Both the position numbers and the translations under genes were made by a program. From Chrysomallon squamiferum (Eukaryota > Animalia > Mollusca), in contig CM022670.1 in the NCBI GenBank assembly GCA_012295275.1, positions 26,722,001 through 26,786,000 of the forward strand: a stretch of DNA of 64,000 nucleotides, in the 5' to 3' direction. Of this stretch, positions 26,166 to 37,600 are shown in pieces. Under the pieces are notes generated by a model, which saw only the letters and a program-made list of their open reading frames with translations, searched no databases and was not told the DNA's origin. Numbering within the stretch: the first letter of the stretch is position 1; the number at the start of each line of letters is the position of its first letter.

Positions 26166-28733
26166 TGTATATTAATCAAAATAAAACATGATAATATTAT
26201 ATCTAAAATTTGAACGTAAAACAGTGTTACAAATATGTGAACACACAGTATTAATTTTTTTTTTTTTTTTTATAGATGAGTCATTTACTACTGTTACTGC
26301 TATTATTACGACCTCAGTCATTATTATTATTATTGTTATGATGAAAGCTTCTAAGAAGAAAGAAATGATGGAATTTAAAAGAGGCAAGGTTATCGGGAGA
26401 GTAACTACAGTGCTGAAAACCATATAAAAATAAGTCGAAGTCCGTAGTCCTTGCTTTAACGTAGTTTCGGACAATAAACTAATACGTCAACGTTTTGTTG
26501 GTGTTTTTTTTTTTTTTTTTTCAGTATCTCGGCAACAGTAAATTCTGATGATTAACACATACAACTAACTTCATGGAAGAGAAAAGATTTATTTTCTCCG
26601 TTGACTGGTCGCAGTACTGACCTAAATAAACCATGGCAGTGAGTGTGTCCACTGGGCAGTTTCACATTGCACTCGTAGTTTATGTAATTCCTACCTGCGA
26701 TAAGCGCTGTAGGTTAGCGGCATCAGGCTTCCTCTTTCGTGTCATAGATAGACAGGACGTGTCGTGCTTCACGGTGAAACATCGTTAATAACAAAATGTT
26801 CATAATGTTTAAACACTGAAAGTAATGAATGAATGAATGAATGTCTAACAACACCCCAGCACAGAAAACTATTGGGTATTAGATCAAAGATAAATACAAC
26901 AAAATGATAATATAAACATTCCAAAGTTAATTAAATCACAGTGCAAAGAGGTGTATCACACTTTAATCAAATTAAAATTTATAGTAAGATTCTGTAAATT
27001 TAATTTTTTTTTTTTAAAAGACGTTCTGGATGGAATCAAAATGATTCCATCATATCTGTCTGACCAGATATTTCTTTCCTAATCTGCTTGAGATAACAGC
27101 ACTCCACCAAGCTGTGGCGCTCTGCCATAGTACACTGCCAGCGTTCACACTGAGTTAAATACGCTGAAAGTAAACCCGATTTTAAATAACACACACACAC
27201 ACACACACACAAGCCTACACATATATCAGTTTCATATTACCTGTTAATCCCAACAGAAGATATAAAAAGAAAACTTTAGGTACAGTAAAGTTTTCAGTAA
27301 AATTGACTTAATTTTAATATGAACTGTTTTCAAAATTAATGAGCTTGTACCTTTAACCTAGATGGCAAAACTGAACTGAATTTTGTGTTCATATTACTAC
27401 TTGGTAAATCTCGTGAATTTTCCTTCACGTTGTGCTTCATTAAATATCTGAGTTGAAATAGCATTTTCTAAATGTTGGTATTTTAATATTAATCCCATTC
27501 TCCCTGAGTACCTCTGAATAAAGCTAATAGATTTGTTTTCTGATATAGATAAAGTCAAATAAATATTCGTGGTATTTCCATGGTTACAGTAGGCTACTCA
27601 GTCGACTCACTTGCCATGTAATAAATACGATATAATAAAATTAAACGATATTACTTTTATTCAGTAAAAATAAAATAATTTCTGTTTATATTACAGCTAA
27701 CTGAACTGAATTAAAGGTTATTTTGTTTTGTTTTTGAATAGTTTTACTATTATAGTTTGGAATCTTCGTATTTTTACATAAAAAATCAACTCAGACATGA
27801 AAAAAATAAATACAATCTAAATGGTTTGCATAATAATAATAATAATAAAATAAAAAATTCTGTATCATATTCACAACCAACTTGCAAAACTGTTTACTGT
27901 TTGTACTGTGTATAACAGCAGTTAAATCAGTTAAAGCCAACCCGTAGGAAGAACGCTGTTGTAAAAGAAAATGGTCTACAAATTATAAAATGTCATAAGA
28001 ACTGGATTTAGCTGTTGTCATGGATAATTCATAAACGATTCTAGATGATTCGGAAAGAAAACTGGTCTGAAGATGCTTTATTTTGAAATGATAGAAAATT
28101 CTGAAGATATATCATAACAAAAAGTCGAAATTTTTTTTATTTTCCGCCAACTTTCTTGTTGTTACTAAATCCATTATAAAATAAATATCAATAACTAAAT
28201 AACAGGATGTGTAGGAATATATATAAGCAGAAAAAAATAAAATAAAATAATAATAATAATTTTACTTTAAATTCCAATTTGCATGTTTCTCTGTATATAT
28301 TCAGTCGAAAGTTTTACTAATATCTAGTATATCAAATCAGAGGCTATCTTTAAAAATTGTGACCAAAAGGATACAAAGCTGAAATGTTCCTCAACTGATT
28401 TCGAACACATCAGACATCGGATAATTAAAAACCCACACTGAATCTGTTCACTAATCAGGTTCTCAGTATATATATTTTAGACTCTATTTGTGAAATAGCT
28501 TTTAGCTATTAACTCATTCAAAGTTGTAGCGACAATTATTTGAAATGTTTTACTATATTTCCACAACGTTCTGAACTGATTACACTATCGGTATCCATTT
28601 CATTAGATATAACTCAGTTTTGGAGAAAACAGAGTCTCGATTTGAATTCTACACACCACTTTTAGGAGACTCGTTGTTTTTAGGGAAATATGCTTTCTAA
28701 AATCTGCACAAAATTTATAAAACATTTCCTCCC

Positions 28734-28766
<33 letters not shown>

Positions 28767-29015
28767 TACAATTTTTCATTCCATCTGTTTCTGTATACTA
28801 TAAGAGCAAGACATTCCATTACTGAATAGGTTATTTCCTTATCCTTATACAAAATAATTTATTTAACATTCATTTATGGGTTTTGTAATGTTAGAATCAG
28901 TTATCAATTAAACAAGTACGATAAGGGAAATAATCGTGTTTGAGAGCATTTTATTAAATTGATGATGTTGTTTGTCTCCCTTGCTTATTAATATCTTAAG
29001 TAGTAGTAGTAGTAG

Positions 29016-29226
29016 CAGTTTGTGGCGTGCAGGGGGCGGGGGGCGAAACTTTGGTTGATTTATATTTAAATCGAATAGTGTTTATTTTATTTTTCATCTG
29101 TGTTTACATATTCAAAATATCTTCCTTTCACATAATATTTCTCAGTACCAGGCCTTATACTTGAGTCTTTGGGGCATACAATCAACGAGCTGACCCTGGG
29201 CATTACCAGACCTCTGCACGCCACTG
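29016..29226. mobile_element. MITE-like non-autonomous DNA element (~210 bp)
   Basis: Left end cagtttGTGGCGTGCAGGGG and right end CCTCTGCACGCCACtg form 13/14 inverted repeats. Flanks gtagtag and gtagtat resemble a target duplication. It is a GC-rich island in AT-rich DNA. Confidence 0.6.
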
Positions 29227-29230
29227 GTAG

Positions 29231-29266
<36 letters not shown>

Positions 29267-29803
29267 TGTGATGACGACGATAATGATGATAATACTAATA
29301 ATACTCATTATTATTATTATTGCTATTATTATTAATCTTATCATTATTTTCGATACACTACTTCAACACATTTTTAAACATTTTACTTTTATTTGTATTA
29401 AGGTATTGTCAACACACGTCTAAATTCTAAGCGAAATTCCATTAGTTAACCATAATAATTTTCTACAAAGTCAACTACGATAAAATTAAACTAAAATATA
29501 CCTAAATAAATACTAAAACACACCCACATTCACTAATTGCTAATCTTTTTTCCTTAATTAATTAATTTGTTTATTTATTATTATTATTTAAAATTTACAG
29601 CATACAAATCTTTCACATAGACCCTTTTTCCGACAGTTTCGTGGATCCTGTACAGAAAATTAAAAACTAAACCTCACCCCCCCTCCGTCCATCGGAAGTC
29701 ATCATTTCAGCATTTTCCCCACAAATAACGAACAATTTTGAATAAATAAATAAAAATAACTGAACCCCCACCAAAAAAAAAAAAAAAAAAACCCTTAAAG
29801 TGA

Positions 29804-29843
<40 letters not shown>

Positions 29844-30258
29844 TAAAATATTTAATACTGTGTTGTTTTGATGGGGGTGTTTGTTTACTTATTTATGGAT
29901 AACTGAGGGTGCTAGACGAACTTATCAAACAAAATCAGTGGGTGCAAAATAGCAACTTTTTTTTTTTATCACAGAATGAAAATATTTAACTACAAATCTT
30001 TTTCGTAATCTTCTGAATTTAAAAACCATATAAAAATTAGTAACGTAATTACACGCCATTTTGTCTTAACTGCCGTTGCCTTATGCGTTATAATATAATC
30101 ATGACAAAAAAAAAAAACCTGGATAGCTATTCTGAACTTTTAATACATTTTTAGATTTTATACCATAGATACTATAAACCATACAAGTGAAAAAAATGTA
30201 TTCGAAATCGATCAGGAATCTTTAACAATAAAAACAAACAAAATTCCGTTACAATTGA

Positions 30259-30720
30259 TGAAAATGGCGGACGACAAAAATGCCTGTGCTGCCTCTGCTA
30301 TTTCAAATACGAAAATCTCTATTTTAGTCTAAATGTTATCGTATGAAAACATATGTATGCAGGAAACCAATGAAAATATTTCAAAATACATCGAAAAGAA
30401 TTAGAGATTTGTCTTTCATAAATTTAACTTTATCCAATAAACACATACGCTGATAGTTGTCGCACTCCGCTGGTCACAAGAAAATGAACAATATTTAATA
30501 AACACACGTTCATTAATTTTAAAAATTGTGCTTAGTTTTTAGAAATATATCCTTTTCTTTTTTAGATAAAATTATTTCTTGAAATATTTAAATTTACATT
30601 AGAAACGGCTCAAAATCTATCGTCAGGAAACACAGTTAGAAGTAAAGTTTAGGGTTACCGGCGAGATCGAAGGAGGTTTATAGCGAAGTTTTCGGTCACA
30701 TCCGCGCGCAAGTTTATAAG
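30259..30720 (+). promoter_or_regulatory. H1 gene promoter: YY1-like site, TG-box, H1/AC-box, TCCGC element, TATA
   Basis: TGAAAATGGCGG 30259-30270; TGTGCTG 30285-30291; AGGAAACACA 30625-30634; TCCGC 30701; TTTATAAG 30713-30720. Same order and spacing as the second H1 gene. Confidence 0.7.
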
Positions 30721-30824
30721 CGCGGGGAAGGAAAGATTATTGTTTGCATTGATTTGTCGTTCGAATAGGTTGAATATACAGCAGACTTTAAACGTGTTTT
30801 CTTCTTCTTTTGTCTACTCCAGAT

Positions 30825-31391
30825 ATGGCAGACACACAAACAAAGCCAGTTATTGAGACACAGGCGCCTGCAACTTCTAATGCATCCAAGGCTTCAAAAA
30901 AGAAAGCAAATCGAACGAAAACTGTCAAAAAAACAAACGGTCATCCCAAATATTGCGACATGATAAACGAAGCTATCACTGTTTTGAAGGAACGTGGAGG
31001 TTCGTCAAGACAGGCCCTGTTAAAATACATTATTGTACATTATAAAGTTGGCGACGAAAAATCAACAAATGCTCATCTTAAATTCGCTTTACGTGCTGGA
31101 GTGAAAAATGGAAAATTAAAACAGTCGAAAGGTACTGGTGCATCGGGGTCGTTTAAAGTTGGCGAAGCGAAAACAACTAAACCCAGAGCTAAAAAGGTAG
31201 TTAAACCTAAAACTGCGACAAAGTCCAAAATTAAAAAACTAAAGAAGCCTAAAACAAAGAAGTCGGAAGGTGAAAAGAAAAATAAGAAGAGAAGGAAAGA
31301 AAGAAAATCTTCCATTGAAAATATATCGAAATCTCCAAATTCAAAGAAAACGACCAAGAAAACAAATTCAACAAAGGCAGCAAAAAAGTGA
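30825..31391 (+). CDS. histone H1 (solitary, H1.0/H1-delta-like, divergent C-terminal tail), 188 aa
   Basis: Intronless ORF from ATG 30825. Globular domain HPKYCDMINEAITVLKERGGSSRQALLKYI...LKQSKGTGASGSFKV with Lys-rich tails. No core histone genes in the window. Confidence 0.95.
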   Translation: MADTQTKPVIETQAPATSNASKASKKKANRTKTVKKTNGHPKYCDMINEAITVLKERGGSSRQALLKYIIVHYKVGDEKSTNAHLKFALRAGVKNGKLKQSKGTGASGSFKVGEAKTTKPRAKKVVKPKTATKSKIKKLKKPKTKKSEGEKKNKKRRKERKSSIENISKSPNSKKTTKKTNSTKAAKK

Positions 31392-31854
31392 ATATTTTAA
31401 TTTTGAAAAATTAATATTCGTATACTTGGAACTGTGGACAATAAGCAACTGCTGAGGAATGTAAGACAAAATTTGGTTATGTTACTTTTTTGAGAATGAA
31501 CGACGAACATTTATTTCGAATGTTATGCGATATTTCTAAATATAGCGTTTGGAAAGGTATCTCCTGTTTCAAATAATTATATATTGGAGATGATTTATTC
31601 ATCAAATATGGTTACAGTAACGCCCATTTGGATACACCAGACTGAATCTCTGCATATCTGATGTAACGCCTAACAGAATTTTGGTGGGTGTTAAACTTTG
31701 CTGATCTTTTTTTTGTGCCAAAGAAAGACAAAAACGTTGATGATTTTAAAAACTATGTTAAAAATATATATTTTGTTTCTATGTATTCTTCATTACAACT
31801 TATTAAATGTTTTATGGAAAAAAAGAAAAGAAGTTATTTATTATTTTGGGAGGA

Positions 31855-31856
<2 letters not shown>

Positions 31857-31930
<74 letters not shown>
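31857..31930. repeat. (CT)n microsatellite
   Basis: Uninterrupted CT run; source of the spurious SLSLSL ORFs. Confidence 0.95.
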
Positions 31931-31932
<2 letters not shown>

Positions 31933-32664
31933 AGGTAGTAAACAATTAATAACTGCAAAATATTTCCTCTCATATAACATAACATCTGGTTATTAAAATG
32001 AAAAAAAAAAAAAGAGTAAATAAATAAGAAAAAAATATTAATGACAGGTAACGATATATATATATATATATATATATTTGTTTTATAATGAAAATATACA
32101 AATTTAATATTTGATAACCAAAACGTGAATAAACAAATTGAAAAAAAAAAAGATCGAGCGAGTTACCTATTAAAGAAATACAACTCTTGGCAGGCTTAAG
32201 AATTGGATAATATTGATTTGTCGCCCTTGGATCATTGACAATTAAAATAGAAACCGCGCGTTACAAATGTGCATTTCGACAAAAAAATCTCAAACATTTA
32301 AACACGATATTCTGGTTTGTTTAAATGCACATGATATTGTATTGTTGAATCTCGTTTTTACGTTCTTTCATGTTATTTTTTTCCTTTTTCCCCTCCACTT
32401 GATTATTTGTCTGATCATGAAATAAACCAGATGTATTCAATAATAAAAATAAAAGTAAAAAACAAATTACATAAATAATTCACTAGTAATACTTATGTCA
32501 CTGCGGTTTTTACTATATATATATATATATATATATTGTAAATAATCCTTTTTTTTTAAAGCAAAAAATAAAGAAAAACAAGCAGTTAGTATTATATTTA
32601 TTTCAATAGTGAAATATAACAAGAATGTTTCAGATTATACAAAAATAGCACAATTTATAAAACT

Positions 32665-32699
<35 letters not shown>

Positions 32700-32782
32700 T
32701 TAAACAGGAATATATTCTTCTGCAATCCAGTTTCAAATTTACACTGATTAAATAATGCCACACTTAAACAAAATACCCTTGT

Positions 32783-32826
<44 letters not shown>

Positions 32827-34496
32827 CCCTATTTGTCCATTTGTATGCATCATTACATATATTCCAGATGGGTGTAAACACCATATGTGTAAATTCTAAA
32901 AATATTAAAATTATTATAAAACCCACATCATTTAATATAAATTTCTTTTGTTTATTAATTTTACATTAAATTTTATCATGGTTCATGATGTACAAAACAT
33001 GAAAAAAACAACCAGCATTTAATATAAACAATGAGCACAATATTCTGAATACTCAAGTAAAGGTGTTACTTTTTCTCAAATGTAGCAGAGAAAAGTATAT
33101 GACGTAACTAAACTAATTATCAACACAGATATGAATATAGTCGCTGTATACAAACGTGTGTGTTTATGAATGTAATATTTAAAAAAATGAAACAATAATG
33201 AATACAAGAAATATTACATTTTTTTCATGATCTAAGTTATGTAACATTTTTAAAGGAATGTTAATACATAAATAATTTTTATTTCATTAAGCACTGTCAT
33301 TATATGAGGTGGATAAGCAATTTGGAGATATGTAACATTAAATACAATATACTTAAGCAGTAAGAAGCAACTAAGAACTAGAGTATGTCTATTTGAAAAT
33401 CCATTAAAGAATCCCTTCCTATAGCACCTACAAATTATCTTGAAATAGTAGAGAATAAAAAAATTTAATTTATAGTAATCTTAGCCTACATTGTACAGAA
33501 CTCTGTTGAAAATCACAGACCACAAAAATCACAGGCATATCTAAAGAATTCACAGAATGAACTATATATATTATTTTAATTATAAAAAGAAAAAAGGCCA
33601 GAAACACAAATACTTCAGAAATATATCATTCTAAACTCAGCTAGTAACTGTTTAACAACACCTGTTCTAATATTATTATTTATGTTTTCAAAAAAATAAA
33701 AAAATAAAAAAAAATAACAGAATCAGAAATTTATATTATTGAGATACAACTAAACATTAATGTGAAAAACAATCCACTGTTTAATAAACATTTTAATTTT
33801 TGTTTCATTGTTATTTTTTCTTATCCTATAGCATATCTATTTTTACAATAGCATAATACTAAATGTTTTAAAAAATAAACACATAAACTGTAATAATAAT
33901 AACAGAATAATGAATAAAGATTAAGAAATGAAACTCCCTACATACAAACATGCTGCATTAAACATTCACAGCCAAGTTAACACTATCAAAACAACTGGTA
34001 CAAAAATATGACTCCAATTCATAAATAATCAAATTTGCAAAATGTATAAACCAGGATCTAAAACATTTCAATATATTAAATATAAAACACTGTTCCCTGA
34101 AATAACAGTAATAAACAGATTTCTTACTGTCAAATCCCCTCTCCATAACATATATATATATATTTTTTTTTTTGTCATTTAAATTAATCCTATATTAAAG
34201 ACTAATATATGCTAAGAACATTGTGAAAGAGACAGTAGCTACACATATTAAGTAATGGTAGATATAAGGTTTTATATATATATATATATATTATAATAGA
34301 TAAACAATTCACATACTGAGCAAAATAATATGTATATTAATATTAAAACTGTTACAATTTTCTCTTAAGCAAACTGTGAGAGACAAAAATGGTTTTAGGA
34401 TTCAAAAAATGAAAAGGATTTAAACTTTACTCAAACAAAAATGACATGACATTGTATCTGTCAAAAAGTTGTGATAATTAAAATCAATTACTACGT

Positions 34497-34686
34497 CTAA
34501 TCAGTAAAATAATACACTGGGTACATCAGAGTGACGTCTGCTCCTTTGTTGTGGACAGCCAATGAAATCCTTCGATACTTGATGACCAGCTCTGTCAGAG
34601 TTGAGAACAGACACAGCTCTTTAGTAAACCCATATCCTCTTCCAGAGACATGCAGAATCTCACAGTGTATTACCTTTCCTTTGCAC
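34497..34686 (-). CDS. short PIK3R last exon: cSH2, second part
   Basis: [62 protein letters not shown]. Confidence 0.92.
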
Positions 34687-37600
34687 CTGATGAGAAAGAC
34701 AGAAATAATACACACTTAAACATCACACATGTAGACACAAACACTCAGAGTAAAACAGCAGTGTAACATTCTGTCAAAGTTAATGTTTAAACATACTAAT
34801 AAGACAAACCAATACACTTTTTTTTAAAACAATTGATAATAATAATTTAAAAAAAACAACCTAAAAGTAGAAGCTTATAGAATTAAAATTGTAAAAATAT
34901 TGTCAGTTTAAAATCAGGACTCAATAGACAGAAATTATAAAATCATTAAACATTTTTCTGTCTTTAATTGGAAGGTCATCAAATAAATTAAATGGTAACT
35001 ATAAGTAGAAACATGATATACATGTGATGCATTACTTCTGGGTTTTTTCAACTCACATAACTGACAAAGCACATCCATTTCCATCTCCTTTTGGTCGAAC
35101 CAAAAATGTTCCATGAGGTTTTCTTTCCAGCAGAGAATTGGCTGCTTCTCGGGTATTATTTACAAACCACATTGACTTGTCATTGTGAATCAGACTGTCA
35201 TCTTTCTCTTCCTCTAGCAAACCATCCACAAACTCTGGTGAGAGACCTTCAGCTAGTACATTTCTGTTTGATAAATACAGTAGTGATTACAAAAGTTATA
35301 AAAAACATCACTAAAAGTGTGCATTTTTAACAATATATTTCACTGAAGAAGAAAAAGGTTCCAGGATGAATAAAAGAAGCAGGATCTCTGACATCATCAA
35401 GTAATTGAATGAATTAATAAATTAGTCATTTTAGATATTTTACAAAATATCTGATGTTAAGAGATATGAGAAAAAATATTTTTTTAAGTTTGATGATATG
35501 ATCATCCAAATACAATACAAAAAATTGTGTAATAAAGCAAATTTTAAATTTTAAACATTCTATAAATAGGTTTATTTACCTAGTTTTATAACAATAAACA
35601 CAATACAACCTTCAATAATTGATCACACTGTAAAGTAAAAACGAAGAATTTTTGAGGTTGTACAAAACTGCTGTGTTTACCTTCTGATTTCATCTCGCTG
35701 TCTGGTCAGATCTCGTACTTCAGGTCGGAGGTTACAAAACAATTCAACCTGTTCCTGTATCTTGTGATTTATTTGTGCAATGGCCGATTGTTGTTCACGT
35801 TCATTTTCCTTCAACTTTTCAAGTCGAAAATTCAGTAAAGCATAATTCTGCTGCATCCTATAGGAAATGCATGATTCATATATATAGTTGTTTTGGTGCA
35901 TTCTTAATTGTTTTCATAAAGTAAAAAAAAAAAAAAAAAGTATTGTTACTGTAAAAGCAGTATACTACTGAAATGTATTCTCTCCAGAATTACTTCCCTT
36001 TATACGTAAACCGACATTTTATCTATACTACAGATTATTATTAGCTTATTTATATATTTGTGTGAACTTAAATGTAGACTGTTAGTGAAAACAAAATGGA
36101 GCATAAACAAAGAAAAACCAAAAACAACAGCAAACAAACAATAAAAAAAAAAAAATCAATAAATAATAAAAAAAAAAATTAAATCCAAAGCAGAATAGTT
36201 AAAGATTTAATCACTGAAGATCTATTAACTTGTTTTTCAGCATTTTAATTTTGATAAAACTTTAAAAGATATTTAAATACTTCATAGTGTCGAGAGATTC
36301 GGGCATGTCTGCCTGGCTCTGTGTTAACAGTGTTTCCTGTTCTTCAAACATTTTCTCTATTTCCTTCATGGCTTCCAAAGCAAGATGTCTTCTTTGTAAA
36401 TCCTGAAAACAAATATGATTTGAAAAAAAGAGGAAAAAGTAAGAACCCCAAAACCATATGTTTTTGAATGTGTATTTCACATTTTTTCATTTGAAGTTTG
36501 AGAAATTATGAAACTCTTGAAAACATCACCAAAACGCTCTCTTTAATCTAGAGGAAATTATGTAATATTTTTATGCAATCAGAAAAGATTATGTACATTA
36601 TGTACCGGTCACTGAGTACAGGTTGTGATTCGAGAAATAAATACCTGCTGCAGGAATTCATGATATTTGTGGGCAGCATCAAAATCTCGTTTCTTTTTAA
36701 TGTATTCCTTGTTAACTGTGACCAGCTTGAACAGTTTGATGTATGGAGAATCAAATTTATCTTCTGCTGTCAGCCACTGAAATATTTAAAGTTTGGACTT
36801 AAAAATATAAGTTTAAAACCATTTGAAAAAAAAGAAGAAAAAAACAGGACAGCTATTAGGAAAAGCATCTTTGAAAAAACATATATTAAATGAGTTTTAA
36901 AATCTTAGATTTTCCTAAAACAGAATCACAGCCTTTAGATACTTATGAATAATGTAGGAGTATTATAGATATATTAATATTAATGTATACATGTAAGTAT
37001 GAGTGCGTGTTCATTTAGTGTAACAAAGCATAATATTTCTACTTACGGAGTTCTGTGTTCGACTGAAAGGATAAAGTAACTTGATATCAAGAGCTTTGTT
37101 ATGTTTGCTCAGAGAGTTGTGTCTGTAATACTCTATTAATTCCACAACTGAGTCAAATTCAAATGGGTCTGCAAATCCGTATTTCCCATCATGAGCCAGT
37201 ATCTTAATGTACTTGTTAGACCCATTTTTCCTGAAGTAAATAATAAAGCAAATTTAAAAATATAAATGAGTCAAATTCAAATGGGTCTGCAAATCCATAT
37301 TTCCCATCATGAGCCAGTATCTTAATGTACTTGTTAGACCCATTTTTCCTGAAGTAAATAATAAAGCAAATTTAAAAATATAAATGTTTTATACCTCAAC
37401 AATTTAACTTAGAACAGTGATTTAAGTGAATTTAATGTTTTTGTATATATATCAAAACTGACATGTTACTGGTAAATTAAATACTACAGTAATTGTTTAC
37501 AAATATTAGTTTTATAAATTATGATAAGATAATACTTAATAACAAATTGTGTCTGCAAAAAATATTTTAAAACTACCTATTTGAGTTAATAAAATTAATA

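Noticed and set aside
29087-29423. Poly-Ile ORFs (and similar poly-Tyr, Asn, SL and CV ORFs elsewhere)
   Set aside because: Translations of (AAT)n, (CT)n and (TG)n microsatellites.
30795-30824. Polypyrimidine tract plus CAG just before the H1 ATG, suggesting a 5' UTR intron or trans-splice site
   Set aside because: A complete TATA promoter lies ~110 bp upstream and no strong donor is visible; cannot be supported without transcripts.
31073-31357. Phe/Leu-rich membrane-like ORF on -
   Set aside because: Antisense shadow of the Lys-rich H1 coding sequence.
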